From assembly GCA_963663765.2 (NCBI GenBank), contig CAXXUA010000006.1, positions 352,001-416,000 on the forward strand: DNA of 64,000 nt. Reading direction: 5' to 3'. A program made the position numbers and the translations under genes. Below are positions 21,826-34,711 of the stretch, piece by piece (within the stretch, counting starts at the first letter, position 1; every line of letters starts with the position of its first letter). This DNA comes from Candidatus Poribacteria bacterium. Its GTDB lineage: Bacteria; Poribacteria; WGA-4E; WGA-3G. Below the pieces are notes generated by a model. The model searched no databases and had not been told where the DNA came from. It was given only the letters and a program-made list of their open reading frames with translations.

Positions 21826-22482
21826 TGTTGGTTGTCTGAACCAGGATGGACAGGATTAGCGGATTGCCAGGATTTACCTCATCCAGGTATATATGATGCG
21901 CGTTTAGGCTTACTTTTGGTTAGGAGCAGAAAGAGACAAACTCATAATCTTGGAAATCTGGTAATCCTGTGAATCCTGGTTCAGAAAAGAGGGCGCGCTT
22001 ACAAAGCACGCCTGCAGTTAGGGGCGCGCTTACAAAGCACGCCTACAGTTAGGGGCGCGCTTACAAAGCACGCCTGCAAGAGGGATAAGAGGGCGCGCTT
22101 ACAAAGCACGCCTGCAGTTAGGGGCGCGCTTACAAAGCACGCCTACTGATGGCGGGGTGGGGCGCGCTTACAAAGCACCAAATCAAGTAATCAAGAAATC
22201 AACGGTATGAATGCCTTTTGGCATTCCCCGGGTATGAATCATGGAGCATGCCATACGCGCATGCTTCTTTAGGCATTCCCCGCCTACCATTGGAGGAAGG
22301 GGCGCGCTTTTACAAGAGGGGAACAGTCGCGACCAGGAGGTCGCTCCTACGTTGACCTGCTCTACTACCTCAGTAGTAATAAAAAGAACAGTCGCGACCA
22401 GGAGGTCGCTCCTACCAGCGCGCGGGGTAGTGTACGGAATCACGGAGGACATGGAAAAACACGGATAAGTCACCTCATCCAT

Positions 22483-23042
22483 GGGTGTGTAAAGTTTTTG
22501 CACAGAGGTACAAACTTTTGTTCTCTTTAGTCCCGTAGGGACGCAATGTTTATTGATAGGTGTAATCACCCTCTCTTGAGTTCCGTAGGAACGACATAGA
22601 AGAATAAACATATCGTCCCTACGGGACTAAAGAACTGGGAAGGGTACTTGTTTTCTATAAACATATCGTCCCTACGGGATTGAAGAGTATGGTTGATATT
22701 AACAATATTTCCTTATATTGACACCTATGGGTCTCTGTGCCCGCAATCTCTCATTTAATCAGTTGCGGCGGGGTACAGAGACCCCGCTCTACAATGGAGA
22801 ATGTGAAGTTTGTGCAAAAACTTTTCACACCCCTCATCCACAGGGTTATTTAGTTTTAAGAATTATCAGTTAATGGGTGTTACTTAAAGTTAATATCGTA
22901 GGTCGGGTAGAGCGTATGCGAAACCCGACATTTATTGATTTTGTCTATCATGTCGGGTTTCGCTCACGCTCTACCCGACCTACGATATAAAATCACGAAT
23001 GTTATAAATATCTGCCAAAATATTTATAACTGAATAACCCTG
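22483..23042. mobile_element. Two different MITEs inserted side by side at one target
   Basis: GGGTGTGTAAAG...CTTTTCACACCC (22483-22832), then CAGGGTTATTTAGT...ACTGAATAACCCTG (22841-23042); CCTCATCCA appears three times (22473, 22832, 23043). Confidence 0.8.
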
Positions 23043-23127
23043 CCTCATCCATGGGGTTACTTGTAAGAAAACACGATTTGTGATAACCTATCATGCATAC
23101 CCTGATTTCACAAGGAGCAAACAGACA

Positions 23128-24531
23128 ATGAACCAGCCTAACATAATTCTAATGATGTGCGATGATCTCGGATATGGTGATGTGGGATTTAACGGAAACG
23201 ACACCATCAAAACCCCAAATTTGGACAATCTGGCGAACAATGGCATCCGATTTACGCGGTTTTACGCTGGCGGTCCCGTCTGCTCGCCGACACGCGGCAC
23301 CTGTCTCACCGGACGACACTATTTTCGTTATGGCGTGACTCACGCTAATCGCGGACACTTACCTGCACAGGAAATCACTCTGGCACGTATGCTAAAATCT
23401 TATGGATACGCCACGGGACATTTTGGTAAATGGCATCTTGGGACGTTGGACAGAGAGTATTCGGGCAAACCGAACCGCAATCCTGCACGGAACTACGCAC
23501 CACCGTGGGAACGGGATTACGATACCTCTTTTGCGACCGAATATGCCGTGCCGACTTGGGATCCTACTGTCGGTGTGCAAGGGAAAAACCGACGTTCAGA
23601 GCGCCCCTGGGCTTCGCCATATTATGAGAACGGAAAACTGGCTACAGAAAATCTGTCGGGATGTGATTCTCGTGTGTTGATGGATCGCGCGATTCCATTT
23701 ATTGAACAATCCGTAGATAACGGACAACCGTTCTTTACGTCAATCTGGTTTCACGCACCGCATACGCCCGTGTTTGCTGGGCCGGAATATCGTGCTATGT
23801 ATGCCGACTACAGCGAAGATGAACAGCACTATTACGGCTGCATCACCGCGATAGACGATCAGGTGAAACGATTGTATCACACATTGGCTGCTTGGGGTGT
23901 CTCCCAAAACACGATGATCTGGTTCTGTTCGGACAACGGTCCGGAAGGACGTACCGGTCAAGATGGACGTAACAGGGGGTCAACAGGTGGTTTACGTGGA
24001 CGCAAACGGTCTCTGTTTGATGGTGGTGTTGGGGTGCCAGCTCTATTGCACTGGCCGGGTCATGCGGATGCCGGACGCGTCATGGAAATGCCGTGCAGCA
24101 CGTTGGATTACTTCCCGACAATCGCTGAGGTGATGGGATATGAAATGCCCGATAACCGACCAATCGACGGCATCAGTCTGCTACCGGCGATTGGGGGTAA
24201 CATGACGGAACGTCCCACTCCGATTCCGTATCGGTTCAATAGTGGTAAAAACGGTATGTTTGGTGCACCGACCATCGCAATGACAGACAATCGCTACAAA
24301 TGTTTGACGAACTTGTCAGATGATGGCAGCGAAGATCTCTGTTTTGATATGATAAAAGACCGCGCAGAAACGACTAACTTGGCAGAGGAACAGAGCGACC
24401 GTATGGCACAAACGCGTAAGACTCTGCACGAATGGCTCCGCTCATGTGCGGTTAGCCACAACGGTGGTGATTATGACGAACCTTTTGAACCTGTTGGCAA
24501 ATTTGAAGAGGTTACGGGTCGGTGGCGGTGA
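23128..24531 (+). CDS. Formylglycine-dependent sulfatase (S1 family)
   Basis: PNIILMMCDDLG, CSPTRG signature, GKWHLG, HAPH, SDNG; AAGGAG RBS. Confidence 0.95.
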   Translation: MNQPNIILMMCDDLGYGDVGFNGNDTIKTPNLDNLANNGIRFTRFYAGGPVCSPTRGTCLTGRHYFRYGVTHANRGHLPAQEITLARMLKSYGYATGHFGKWHLGTLDREYSGKPNRNPARNYAPPWERDYDTSFATEYAVPTWDPTVGVQGKNRRSERPWASPYYENGKLATENLSGCDSRVLMDRAIPFIEQSVDNGQPFFTSIWFHAPHTPVFAGPEYRAMYADYSEDEQHYYGCITAIDDQVKRLYHTLAAWGVSQNTMIWFCSDNGPEGRTGQDGRNRGSTGGLRGRKRSLFDGGVGVPALLHWPGHADAGRVMEMPCSTLDYFPTIAEVMGYEMPDNRPIDGISLLPAIGGNMTERPTPIPYRFNSGKNGMFGAPTIAMTDNRYKCLTNLSDDGSEDLCFDMIKDRAETTNLAEEQSDRMAQTRKTLHEWLRSCAVSHNGGDYDEPFEPVGKFEEVTGRWR

Positions 24532-24654
24532 TGGTATGCGCGGTTCTGTTGCGTGATTCAAAATGGATGACAAAAAAGGTGATGGGTGTAGATGAGAATC
24601 CTTCTACAAACCTACTTTAGATAAGGGGTCACAGCAACTATCGTTCAAGTATTC

Positions 24655-24867
24655 TGCTGTCGACCTCCGAATTATGCGGATTTTTTTACGGACATATTTT
24701 GCGAATTATCCTCAAAATTGCGTGTAAACCCTTTCTACTTCTACTGCCGTCAGCCTCCCAGAGAATTTGCACGATTGGAGGTTGACGGCAAATCGTAAAT
24801 ATATTGAAATTTAACTTGACGATAACTGTGGGAGTTTGTTATGATGTAACTGTTGTTTTTGGGGAGC
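24655..24867 (+). promoter_or_regulatory. CRISPR leader of array 1
   Basis: Conserved inverted repeat CTGCCGTCAGCCTCC...GGAGGTTGACGGCA (24744-24790), upstream GTCGACCTCC copy, TTGACG-N18-TATGAT. Confidence 0.85.
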
Positions 24868-27800
24868 CTTTTAATCGAACCAGTTTGGAATAGAAACATA
24901 GTCCATCCTTCCTAACCAAAAGGGGATACCTACTTTTAATCGAACCAGTTTGGAATAGAAACAGAGGAACGCTCTCACAAAATCAATCTCCAAATTGAAA
25001 TCTTTTAATCGAACCAGTTTGGAATAGAAACTCTAATTTCATTTGAAACAGCCAACCTACATGTCTGCTTTTAATCGAACCAGTTTGGAATAGAAACACT
25101 CTTTGAACTCCCACGTCTCCCACGGATTACGTGCTTTTAATCGAACCAGTTTGGAATAGAAACTGGTACGTTGAAAAAGCACCAGGACATGCAACGCAGG
25201 CTTTTAATCGAACCAGTTTGGAATAGAAACCCAATAGCAGCACCTTTGGGTCCAAAAAAACTACCGACTTTTAATCGAACCAGTTTGGAATAGAAACCTC
25301 TGTGTCCAATTCGCCCTGAAGTATGGCAGCACCCTTTTAATCGAACCAGTTTGGAATAGAAACGTCTTCTTCCTTCATAATATTCTCCCTTGTAAATGAC
25401 CTTTTAATCGAACCAGTTTGGAATAGAAACTTCAACCCATTGTTCGTCTGACTCCCCTTCACGTCTTTTAATCGAACCAGTTTGGAATAGAAACTTAGGT
25501 GTGGGTGCTTTGGTACTGTGTGTGGTTGGCTTTTAATCGAACCAGTTTGGAATAGAAACATCTCAGCAAATCCGGATTCAGTTGGTGCTTTACGAGTGCC
25601 TTTTAATCGAACCAGTTTGGAATAGAAACGGTCTAAAGGACTTTCTTTCTTATCACGGGTTGTCGCCAACTTTTAATCGAACCAGTTTGGAATAGAAACT
25701 TTTCATTTGTTCATATTTGGTGAAAGTAATAGCTATACTTTTAATCGAACCAGTTTGGAATAGAAACATCGTCCCCGCTGTCCGTGCCGTTGGCGTGGTT
25801 GCACTTTTAATCGAACCAGTTTGGAATAGAAACGATATAGATTATACACCTCAAAAGTCAAGTCTTCGCCTTTTAATCGAACCAGTTTGGAATAGAAACG
25901 AAACCGGTGATGCACTAACTTTTAAAGTGAACTTGAGACTTTTAATCGAACCAGTTTGGAATAGAAACTTAATAGAAAATCAGGCTCTTATCATTGAAAC
26001 CTACTTTTAATCGAACCAGTTTGGAATAGAAACTGACTTCCTGCAAGGATTTCCCAATTTTCCGTTGTTCTTTTAATCGAACCAGTTTGGAATAGAAACT
26101 CTGGCACATCATAATCAGATTGAAACGCAATGGACTTTTAATCGAACCAGTTTGGAATAGAAACTTTGGCATAGGATACATCGCCTGAACACGTGCTTGC
26201 CACTTTTAATCGAACCAGTTTGGAATAGAAACACCTACATCAAAAACCTATGAATGATAAAAACAAATTCTTTTAATCGAACCAGTTTGGAATAGAAACA
26301 CGGAAAGCCATTACACCCTAACGGGAAAGGATAATCTTTTAATCGAACCAGTTTGGAATAGAAACTTATGACGATTGATACGTCCCAAATACAACATGTA
26401 ATCTTTTAATCGAACCAGTTTGGAATAGAAACAATGAAGAATTAAACGCTTATACTCTTATTGATGGTGACTTTTAATCGAACCAGTTTGGAATAGAAAC
26501 GTAGTACCACCAAGCCGACCAGCCAAGTTAGTTCCCATCCTTTTAATCGAACCAGTTTGGAATAGAAACTCTGTGATATACTATATCATAGACAAATTAA
26601 CGCAAATACTTTTAATCAAACCAGTTTGGAATAGAAACAAATCTCTCCGTCATACTGAGCGACACACTCAAACTTTTAATCGAACCAGTTTGGAATAGAA
26701 ACCAGTTTTGCGATTTCACAGCAGCAATAAATTTGTGAACTTTTAATCGAACCAGTTTGGAATAGAAACTCAAGTCCTTGCGAGACTCTACCTGATGTTC
26801 CTTCCTTTTAATCGAACCAGTTTGGAATAGAAACCTTTATGAAATCTGTTAATTTCTTGGGATCGGTGCGTCTTTTAATCGAACCAGTTTGGAATAGAAA
26901 CGATAATACTACCAGTTTGCCTTTAACGTTATGACCTTGTCTTTTAATCGAACCAGTTTGGAATAGAAACGACTCCGCATTAACCTCAAACTGCTTCTTT
27001 ACATTACTTTTAATCGAACCAGTTTGGAATAGAAACTGTTTGGCAAGCTTCAACGATGCACGAATTGTTTCCTTTTAATCGAACCAGTTTGGAATAGAAA
27101 CGTGAAATTATGTGTGAGTGCCGTTGCTGCAAGGTCTATCCACCTTTTAATCGAACCAGTTTGGAATAGAAACAATGGATTACTCATTACTCTGATGTCT
27201 CCTCAAAGTCCTTTTAATCGAACCAGTTTGGAATAGAAACTCTTGACGCGCTTTATATATAACACAAAACTTTGACTTTTAATCGAACCAGTTTGGAATA
27301 GAAACGCTTTTCGGCACAAGCACAATGCGTATCATATTACTTTTAATCGAACCAGTTTGGAATAGAAACTACGCTATGACAATAGCTCTGTTTTCATCTT
27401 TTACTTTTAATCGAACCAGTTTGGAATAGAAACTCTATAACAAATCCTTATATAATTGCAGCAATTGAGACTTTTAATCGAACCAGTTTGGAATAGAAAC
27501 GGCGACATATAAAGAGGTAGGAATGTGCCGAGTGTTACTTTTAATCGAACCAGTTTGGAATAGAAACCGTCAAGTTCATCAAAAGCGACTGACAAGTTAT
27601 TGCTTTTAATCGAACCAGTTTGGAATAGAAACGCTGCCTTGCGCGCGGATTTTAGGTTGATCGCAGTTTGCTTTTAATCGAACCAGTTTGGAATAGAAAC
27701 GTGGGGTGCAAGGGTGTGGTGTGTATTCCGCACACAAACGACTTTTAATCGAACCAGTTTGGAATAGAAACTGTATTAGGGATAAATAAGGTCAACAATT

Positions 27801-30800
27801 AAAATTGACTTTTAATCGAACCAGTTTGGAATAGAAACCAATTTGGATTAGACAACTTGTGGAGAAAGCGATCATCTTTTAATCAAACCAGTTTGGAATA
27901 GAAACTCACTTCTTGATTGAGTGAAATAGTTGTAAGATAGACTTTTAATCGAACCAGTTTGGAATAGAAACACACTGCCATCAGTCCATATCTTTTGCAG
28001 TGACAACTTTTAATCGAACCAGTTTGGAATAGAAACTGTGGGAATTGCAACGTGATGTTCGCATCCGTCGGTTCACTTTTAATCGAACCAGTTTGGAATA
28101 GAAACAGGCTAACATAATTCTAACTCCTGATGTGTGAGTGGCTTTTAATCGAACCAGTTTGGAATAGAAACAGCATCTCATGCACACCAGAACTACGCCG
28201 CACGTGTTCCTTTTAATCGAACCAGTTTGGAATAGAAACGCTAACGATGTGCTTTTGATAGGTGCTGAGTATGACTTTTAATCGAACCAGTTTGGAATAG
28301 AAACGATGCTTCGATACCAACAGGATTTAGTATTTCAGGAACTTTTAATCGAACCAGTTTGGAATAGAAACAACACACTCACAGCATCATTTTTAGATTG
28401 TGCAAGGCTTTTAATCGAACCAGTTTGGAATAGAAACGTCGTCCTCGCCTAGTGTGTGTTTTTTATATGTCATGCTTTTAATCGAACCAGTTTGGAATAG
28501 AAACTCTGACGCTTTTTACGAGTAGGTTCTGATAGGTGTTACCTTTTAATCGAACCAGTTTGGAATAGAAACGTTTCCTCTGGGTCGCAGCTGAGGTTTT
28601 GCAGGCGTTCTACTTTTAATCGAACCAGTTTGGAATAGAAACTATCATTTCCTAATGTTGCCCGATACCGCAACCGACTTTTAATCGAACCAGTTTGGAA
28701 TAGAAACATTCAAGTATGTTGTGCCATCTTTATCAGACAACGCCTTCTTTTAATCGAACCAGTTTGGAATAGAAACGAGATCATAGATTGTTTTTCCAGT
28801 ATTGTTCTGAGTTCACTTTTAATCGAACCAGTTTGGAATAGAAACTAAAAGAGCCGAGCCGTATTTTTCCCTGATTTGTGGCACTTTTAATCGAACCAGT
28901 TTGGAATAGAAACATGGATTAGTTGACATTGAAAATGTTAGCGATATTATTAAACTTTTAATCGAACCAGTTTGGAATAGAAACATGACTTCTGCATATC
29001 CTACGAGATCAAGTGGCATTGCCTTTTAATCGAACCAGTTTGGAATAGAAACGGAACATCGCAATCAAATAAAAGAGGGTAATATTCACCTTTTAATCGA
29101 ACCAGTTTGGAATAGAAACACCACATTTTCAGAGATAGTGGCAGGATCACCAACGACTTTTAATCGAACCAGTTTGGAATAGAAACGTATCTTGCTGAAA
29201 TCAATATCACGCAAGAATCTACCTTTTAATCGAACCAGTTTGGAATAGAAACGAATATGCGACTAATTTTGACAATCCTGACATAGTGACTTTTAATCGA
29301 ACCAGTTTGGAATAGAAACAAGCCAGTATGGTCACGTGATTACTTTATGCAAACTTTTAATCGAACCAGTTTGGAATAGAAACCTTTTCTTTGGTTGGCG
29401 ACCATCGACAACGCAATTTTCTTTTAATCGAACCAGTTTGGAATAGAAACATTTTTGGTCCTTATACGGTCACTGCTCCGATTGTCTTTTAATCGAACTA
29501 GTTTGGAATAGAAACGCTCTCGGTTGGTGTTGTTCACAACAAACGCATGAACACGTCTTTTAATCGAACCAGTTTGGAATAGAAACGAAATTTATTATGC
29601 TGGATTACAAGACGAGGGAGGAACTTTTAATCGAACCAGTTTGGAATAGAAACTTCACGGTGTTGTAGTACTGCTTGGTGCTTGTCAGGCTTTTAATCGA
29701 ACCAGTTTGGAATAGAAACACAGACGCATCATCGTGGCAAAACTGGTAAACGACAAGCTTTTAATCGAACCAGTTTGGAATAGAAACAGAGGTGCGTGTG
29801 GGCAGAGTAAAGTCTAAATCACACTTTTAATCGAACTAGTTTGGAATAGAAACAGTATTTAGACATTCGCGTGGACATTCTCTTAATATCTTTTAATCGA
29901 ACTAGTTTGGAATAGAAACCCGTCTTGTCAGATGATCCTGTGTCTGTAATCACGCTTTTAATCGAACCAGTTTGGAATAGAAACTCATTTGGATGAAGCG
30001 TTCGGAGGTAATGTTCATTACTTTTAATCCAACCAGTTTGGAATAGAAACGTCTTATCTAAAAGTGTTTTCAGTTCCCTTAAAGCTTTTAATCGAACCAG
30101 TTTGGAATAGAAACCCTAACTGGACTCACTTTCGTATGATAGATTTTGGATCTTTTAATCGAACCAGTTTGGAATAGAAACCTGACAACGAGTGCATCAT
30201 CTGATCCGCTATTTACCTTTTAATCGAACCAGTTTGGAATAGAAACCTAAATGTAGCAGTGTCAATAGAAAGTGTTGTGCCCTTTTAATCGAACCAGTTT
30301 GGAATAGAAACATATAAGCAAAGTCATAAGGTATGTCTTTAGGTTCCTTTTAATCGAACCAGTTTGGAATAGAAACAATTGCACGCAATGGAAGAAAGAA
30401 AACAGGACGAGTTAACTTTTAATCGAACCAGTTTGGAATAGAAACATTCCTGCTAAATCAATTATTATTTTACTCTTCTTTCTTTTAATCGAACCAGTTT
30501 GGAATAGAAACGAACCATGCCTTACTGTGTCAAAATTCCATATTCTACTTTTAATCGAACCAGTTTGGAATAGAAACTTTGGTAAGAAACAACATCAAGA
30601 GGTATAACGTGACTTTTAATCGAACCAGTTTGGAATAGAAACATTGCTTCAGGTCAGACATATCCTCCAATTCCGCACTTTTAATCGAACCAGTTTGGAA
30701 TAGAAACAACTTTTTACAAGAACGGCGAGGTGGAACTCAAAAAGCTTTTAATCGAACCAGTTTGGAATAGAAACTTCACGTTCGGTTTCAGGGATGACGA

Positions 30801-32614
30801 GGAGGACTTGGACTTTTAATCGAACCAGTTTGGAATAGAAACTTAAATCTTTATCCTCAACTATTTCTGCAGTTTCTATGACTTTTAATCGAACCAGTTT
30901 GGAATAGAAACATTTACTTCTCAGGCCTCTACTGGATAAAAGCGTCGCTTTTAATCGAACCAGTTTGGAATAGAAACTTTGACGAATTATGACGAATTAT
31001 GACGAATTTTAAGGCTTTTAATCGAACCAGTTTGGAATAGAAACTTCCTTTGCGATGTATATCGCTTCTGGGTTTTGATCTTTTAATCGAACCAGTTTGG
31101 AATAGAAACTCGTATTAGCAGCAGGTCTCGCAATCCCCCAAGACGCTTTTAATCGAACCAGTTTGGAATAGAAACTTTTGATGCGACAGTACGACATGCC
31201 ACCAGAAACCTTTTAATCGAACCAGTTTGGAATAGAAACAAGCCCGCGACGACGAGAGACGACTCAACGAAGACTTTTAATCGAACCAGTTTGGAATAGA
31301 AACAACTTCCCCGTAATCCTATCAAAAAACATGCTAAACCTTTTAATCGAACCAGTTTGGAATAGAAACGTTTCGTGTCCCCCCGTCTTCAGCGTTTTGT
31401 TCCATCCTTTTAATCGAACCAGTTTGGAATAGAAACTAAGTAAAACCAGTATTTAGAAGATAATAAATTTCACTTTTAATCGAACCAGTTTGGAATAGAA
31501 ACTTAGCATAAACATCAATAAACATTATGTCTTCAGCTTTTAATCGAACCAGTTTGGAATAGAAACTTCAAAAGGTCTTTGACGTAGTGGTACCAAATCA
31601 CTTTTAATCGAACCAGTTTGGAATAGAAACTCGAGAGTACAATAGAAAGGATGAAAATAAGAAATAAACTTTTAATCGAACCAGTTTGGAATAGAAACAT
31701 CCTAATCCTAACTAAAATTGAAAATGAACTTTTACTTTTAATCGAACCAGTTTGGAATAGAAACCTGCCTATAAGCATAGAAGAACAAAGAGAGAAGGTA
31801 CTTTTAATCGAACCAGTTTGGAATAGAAACGTTGGCTCCATTATCATTACGCAACTGGGTACTTTGCTCTTTTAATCGAACCAGTTTGGAATAGAAACTC
31901 TGCTGTGGTCTCTGGGGCTGCGGCGACTCTTTTTCCCTTTTAATCGAACCAGTTTGGAATAGAAACTCAAGCACGGTGGATTTTTCGGTTGACGCATCAA
32001 CTTCCTTTTAATCGAACCAGTTTGGAATAGAAACTCAACCAATCGTATCTTACTTGATTTCAAATCATATACTTTTAATCGAACCAGTTTGGAATAGAAA
32101 CAACACATTTATTGCATCTAATTGAGCGTTCTTTAAACTTTTAATCGAACCAGTTTGGAATAGAAACTTGTAATTGGTCGGCATATCAAAGTTGAACTTG
32201 GTTTTCTTTTAATCGAACCAGTTTGGAATAGAAACTTCTCAACTTGCTGATGCCTGTGATGCCTTTGTCTTTTGCCTTTTAATCGAACCAGTTTGGAATA
32301 GAAACTGATGTAGCATTTCCTGAATTGTGAGTGAACGGTTTCTTTTAATCGAACCAGTTTGGAATAGAAACATTTTCAGATCTCCCAACACCGAAGCCAA
32401 CCCCAAACTTTTAATCGAACCAGTTTGGAATAGAAACGGTCTTATTGTCCTTCTTCATATAGCCGTCTCGCTTCTTTTAATCGAACCAGTTTGGAATAGA
32501 AACTTGATTTTAAATATGTAGTATGGAATGGCTAGGTTTGCTTTTAATCGAACCAGTTTGGAATAGAAACTTTTGCCACGCATTCCTACTGATTTTAAGT
32601 CTTTCCTTTTAATC
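24868..32614 (+). CRISPR. CRISPR array 1, about 116 repeats
   Basis: Repeat CTTTTAATCGAACCAGTTTGGAATAGAAAC (30 nt) with mostly 33-42-nt spacers; last full repeat 32541-32570; truncated CTTTTAATC at 32606-32614. Confidence 0.99.
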
Positions 32615-33189
32615 AATACCTTCGGCAATAATAGACATACTTCCAGATTGTGCGGGTAGTTGTAGCACATTCTTCCAGATTGTGCATATAAATTATTCTG
32701 TCAGATTGCTGATATAGTCATTTCTATTGTCAAATTAGAGGATGTGATAACAGGGTTATTCAGTTTTCAATATTATTGATAATATTTTGCTATGTCGTTA
32801 ATTTTATGTGTTGCCATCTTGTCCATGTCTTTAGTCCCGTAGGGACGATATGTTTATAGAAACATGTTATCTATCCCTCTTGAGTTCCGTAGGAACGACA
32901 TAGAAAAATAAACATATCGTCCCTACGGGACTAAAGAGCGATATTCATTTTTCAATAATCTAAAACTGATGCAGAAAGTTCGGTTAGGAAACCCAACCTG
33001 GGTATTAACTTTCAGTAAATCTCAACAACAGAAAACTCTTAATACTAAATAACCCTGCTATGATAAAAAAACTTCAACGAAAACCTGAAGTTATTTTTAT
33101 TTATATAATCCTAACAATATCACAGAGCAATGGTAGATCAACACTATATACTCATTCAACTGAAGCACTCAAAAATGGCGAAGGTATTG
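32614..33189. mobile_element. MITE with CAATACCTTCG ends, containing a nested CAGGGTTATT MITE (32751-33057)
   Basis: CAATACCTTCGGCA ... TGGCGAAGGTATTG; the same TIR lies upstream of the transposase at 48855-48869; no clean TSD. Confidence 0.7.
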
Positions 33190-33393
33190 GTATATATTTA
33201 ATTGTTTTTATGCTATATTACGTGTATAATATATACATATTAGTCGTATTAGGTCGTATTAGGTCGTTTTAGGTCGTATTTAGTCACATTTAGATATATT
33301 AATCAGTCTATATCCTATTATGTTTTATGTATTGGTAATATGTTGGTAGCATATTGAGTTGCCATAATTGTAAGGAGTAAATTTTACGCTCTT

Positions 33394-33785
33394 CCGTCAA
33401 ATCCCCATGCTTTAGCTTGTAGGATGTTGACGGCTAAAGGTGTGATAGTCCAAAACAATTGAAATTCACACAGAAATGTGGTGTATTACTATTAGCACTT
33501 GGTTAGGGTTCTTCCCTCTCTCAATCTCTGAGAGAGGGAAGAACCCTAACCGATCCCGTGAGAAGTATCATGAGTGTGAAGTGCTATTCCACTAAAAACT
33601 ATATCGGTAACATCGCGTAATCTCGTAGTAGCAGTGAAATGCACACGTTGCGTTTGCTACCACTTTTCAACTTTCAAAACAGGCAGGCTTAGCTGCCTAA
33701 AATGGAGCAGATGTAAGACGTAGCTCAGATCGGCTGTCCGCGAGGAAGCACAAGCCCCAACGTTTACGCAGTGGGCAACTATGAC
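33394..33785 (+). mobile_element. Non-autonomous IS200/IS605-like element with an omega-RNA-like right end
   Basis: Left hairpin CCGTCAA-ATCCCCATGCTTTAGC...GGATG-TTGACGG; right end GGAGCAGATGTAAGACG...GAAGCACAAGCCCCAACGTTTACGCAGTGGGCAACTATGAC resembles tnpB 3' ends; no tnpA or tnpB ORF. Confidence 0.55.
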
Positions 33786-33815
33786 TCTCAAGATTCGGTC
33801 TAAAAAGAGGGTAAA

Positions 33816-34160
33816 GTGAAGATTAAGGCAACCTTTGATGTTTTAGTATTTCTTATGGCATTAATGGTTCTCTGTATGCATTTTACTATTTTGGCACAAG
33901 AAAGTTCATAGTTGGAAGATGCTGAAGTCGCTGTTAATCAAGTGGAGTGGGGTTCCTATGTGGTTTCCGACGGTTATTGTGGTTTTTACGCTGTAACCAC
34001 CGTCTGCAGCACGGTTCGTTGGAAAATCGCTAGAATATAACTGTATTTGTATACAAACTTACAAAGCAAAGGTCCGGAACCGTCAAGCAGGTCCTGTTTT
34101 CTGGGTTGTTTGGCTGGATGGCTTGCTTTATACTTAACCGGTCTGGTATCCAATCAATGA
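33816..34160 (+). pseudogene. Degraded small secreted or membrane protein gene
   Basis: GAGG RBS, signal peptide VKIKATFDVLVFLMALMVLCMHFTILAQ, in-frame TAG at 33909, then LEDAEVAVNQVEW and frameshifted PPSAARFVGKSLEY...QTYKAKVRNRQ and GCLAGW. Confidence 0.5.
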
Positions 34161-34711
34161 AGATTATAGAATCTCTGTTGCCGCATCGCCCTCCATTTTT
34201 AATGGTTGAATCAATCATTGGATACATAGGTGGTGATACTCCTATTCTCAATGCGGAGCGACCTATCTGTCCCTCTGAGTCCGTGTTCTTCAGTGTTGAA
34301 CCGCCGTTGCATTGGCCATCGGTGTACATCATTGAAGGGCTGGCACAATGCTGTATTCTCTTGACTCTTATTTGGGCATGTGAACGTAGGTGTGAGGCGG
34401 ATGGATTAGGCGCGGAAAATGTGAGTGATCTTTTCACAAACACAGAGAGTGTTGATAACGACTACACTTTGGCGCAATTATTAGAAAATTTGACAGACAA
34501 AACAGTGAATGATGTTTCCAGAAAAGGCATGTTAGCTTCGGTAGATGTTGAGATCGTTGGTAATGTTCAAGCAGGCAAGTTACTTCAATATAGGATAGAA
34601 CTGACACGTGTGTTTGGAAGATTCGTCAGCTTTGCGGTACAAGCATCTGTTGAAACCCAGGTTGTCACCCATGGTACGATAGTGGGTGCACAATTGGAGA
34701 ATTATTTATGA
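34157..34711 (+). CDS. FabZ-like hotdog-fold protein, catalytic His apparently absent
   Basis: IESLLPHRPPFLMVE and WPSVYIIEGLAQ present; GHFP motif missing. Confidence 0.75.
   Translation: MKIIESLLPHRPPFLMVESIIGYIGGDTPILNAERPICPSESVFFSVEPPLHWPSVYIIEGLAQCCILLTLIWACERRCEADGLGAENVSDLFTNTESVDNDYTLAQLLENLTDKTVNDVSRKGMLASVDVEIVGNVQAGKLLQYRIELTRVFGRFVSFAVQASVETQVVTHGTIVGAQLENYL

Noticed and set aside
30978-31014. Spacer with a 10-bp periodic repeat as a self-target of the 10-bp tandem at 33241-33290
   Set aside because: The units differ (TGACGAATTA vs AGGTCGTATT); there is no real match.
25337-32670. Short ORFs with FYSKLVRL / LLIEPVWNRN / FLFQTGSI
   Set aside because: Translations of CRISPR repeats; the same applies to those in array 2.
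33909-33911. In-frame TAG as possible pyrrolysine or read-through codon (and TGA near 8236 as selenocysteine)
   Set aside because: Both lie in genes also broken by frameshifts or insertions; pseudogenisation is the simpler explanation.
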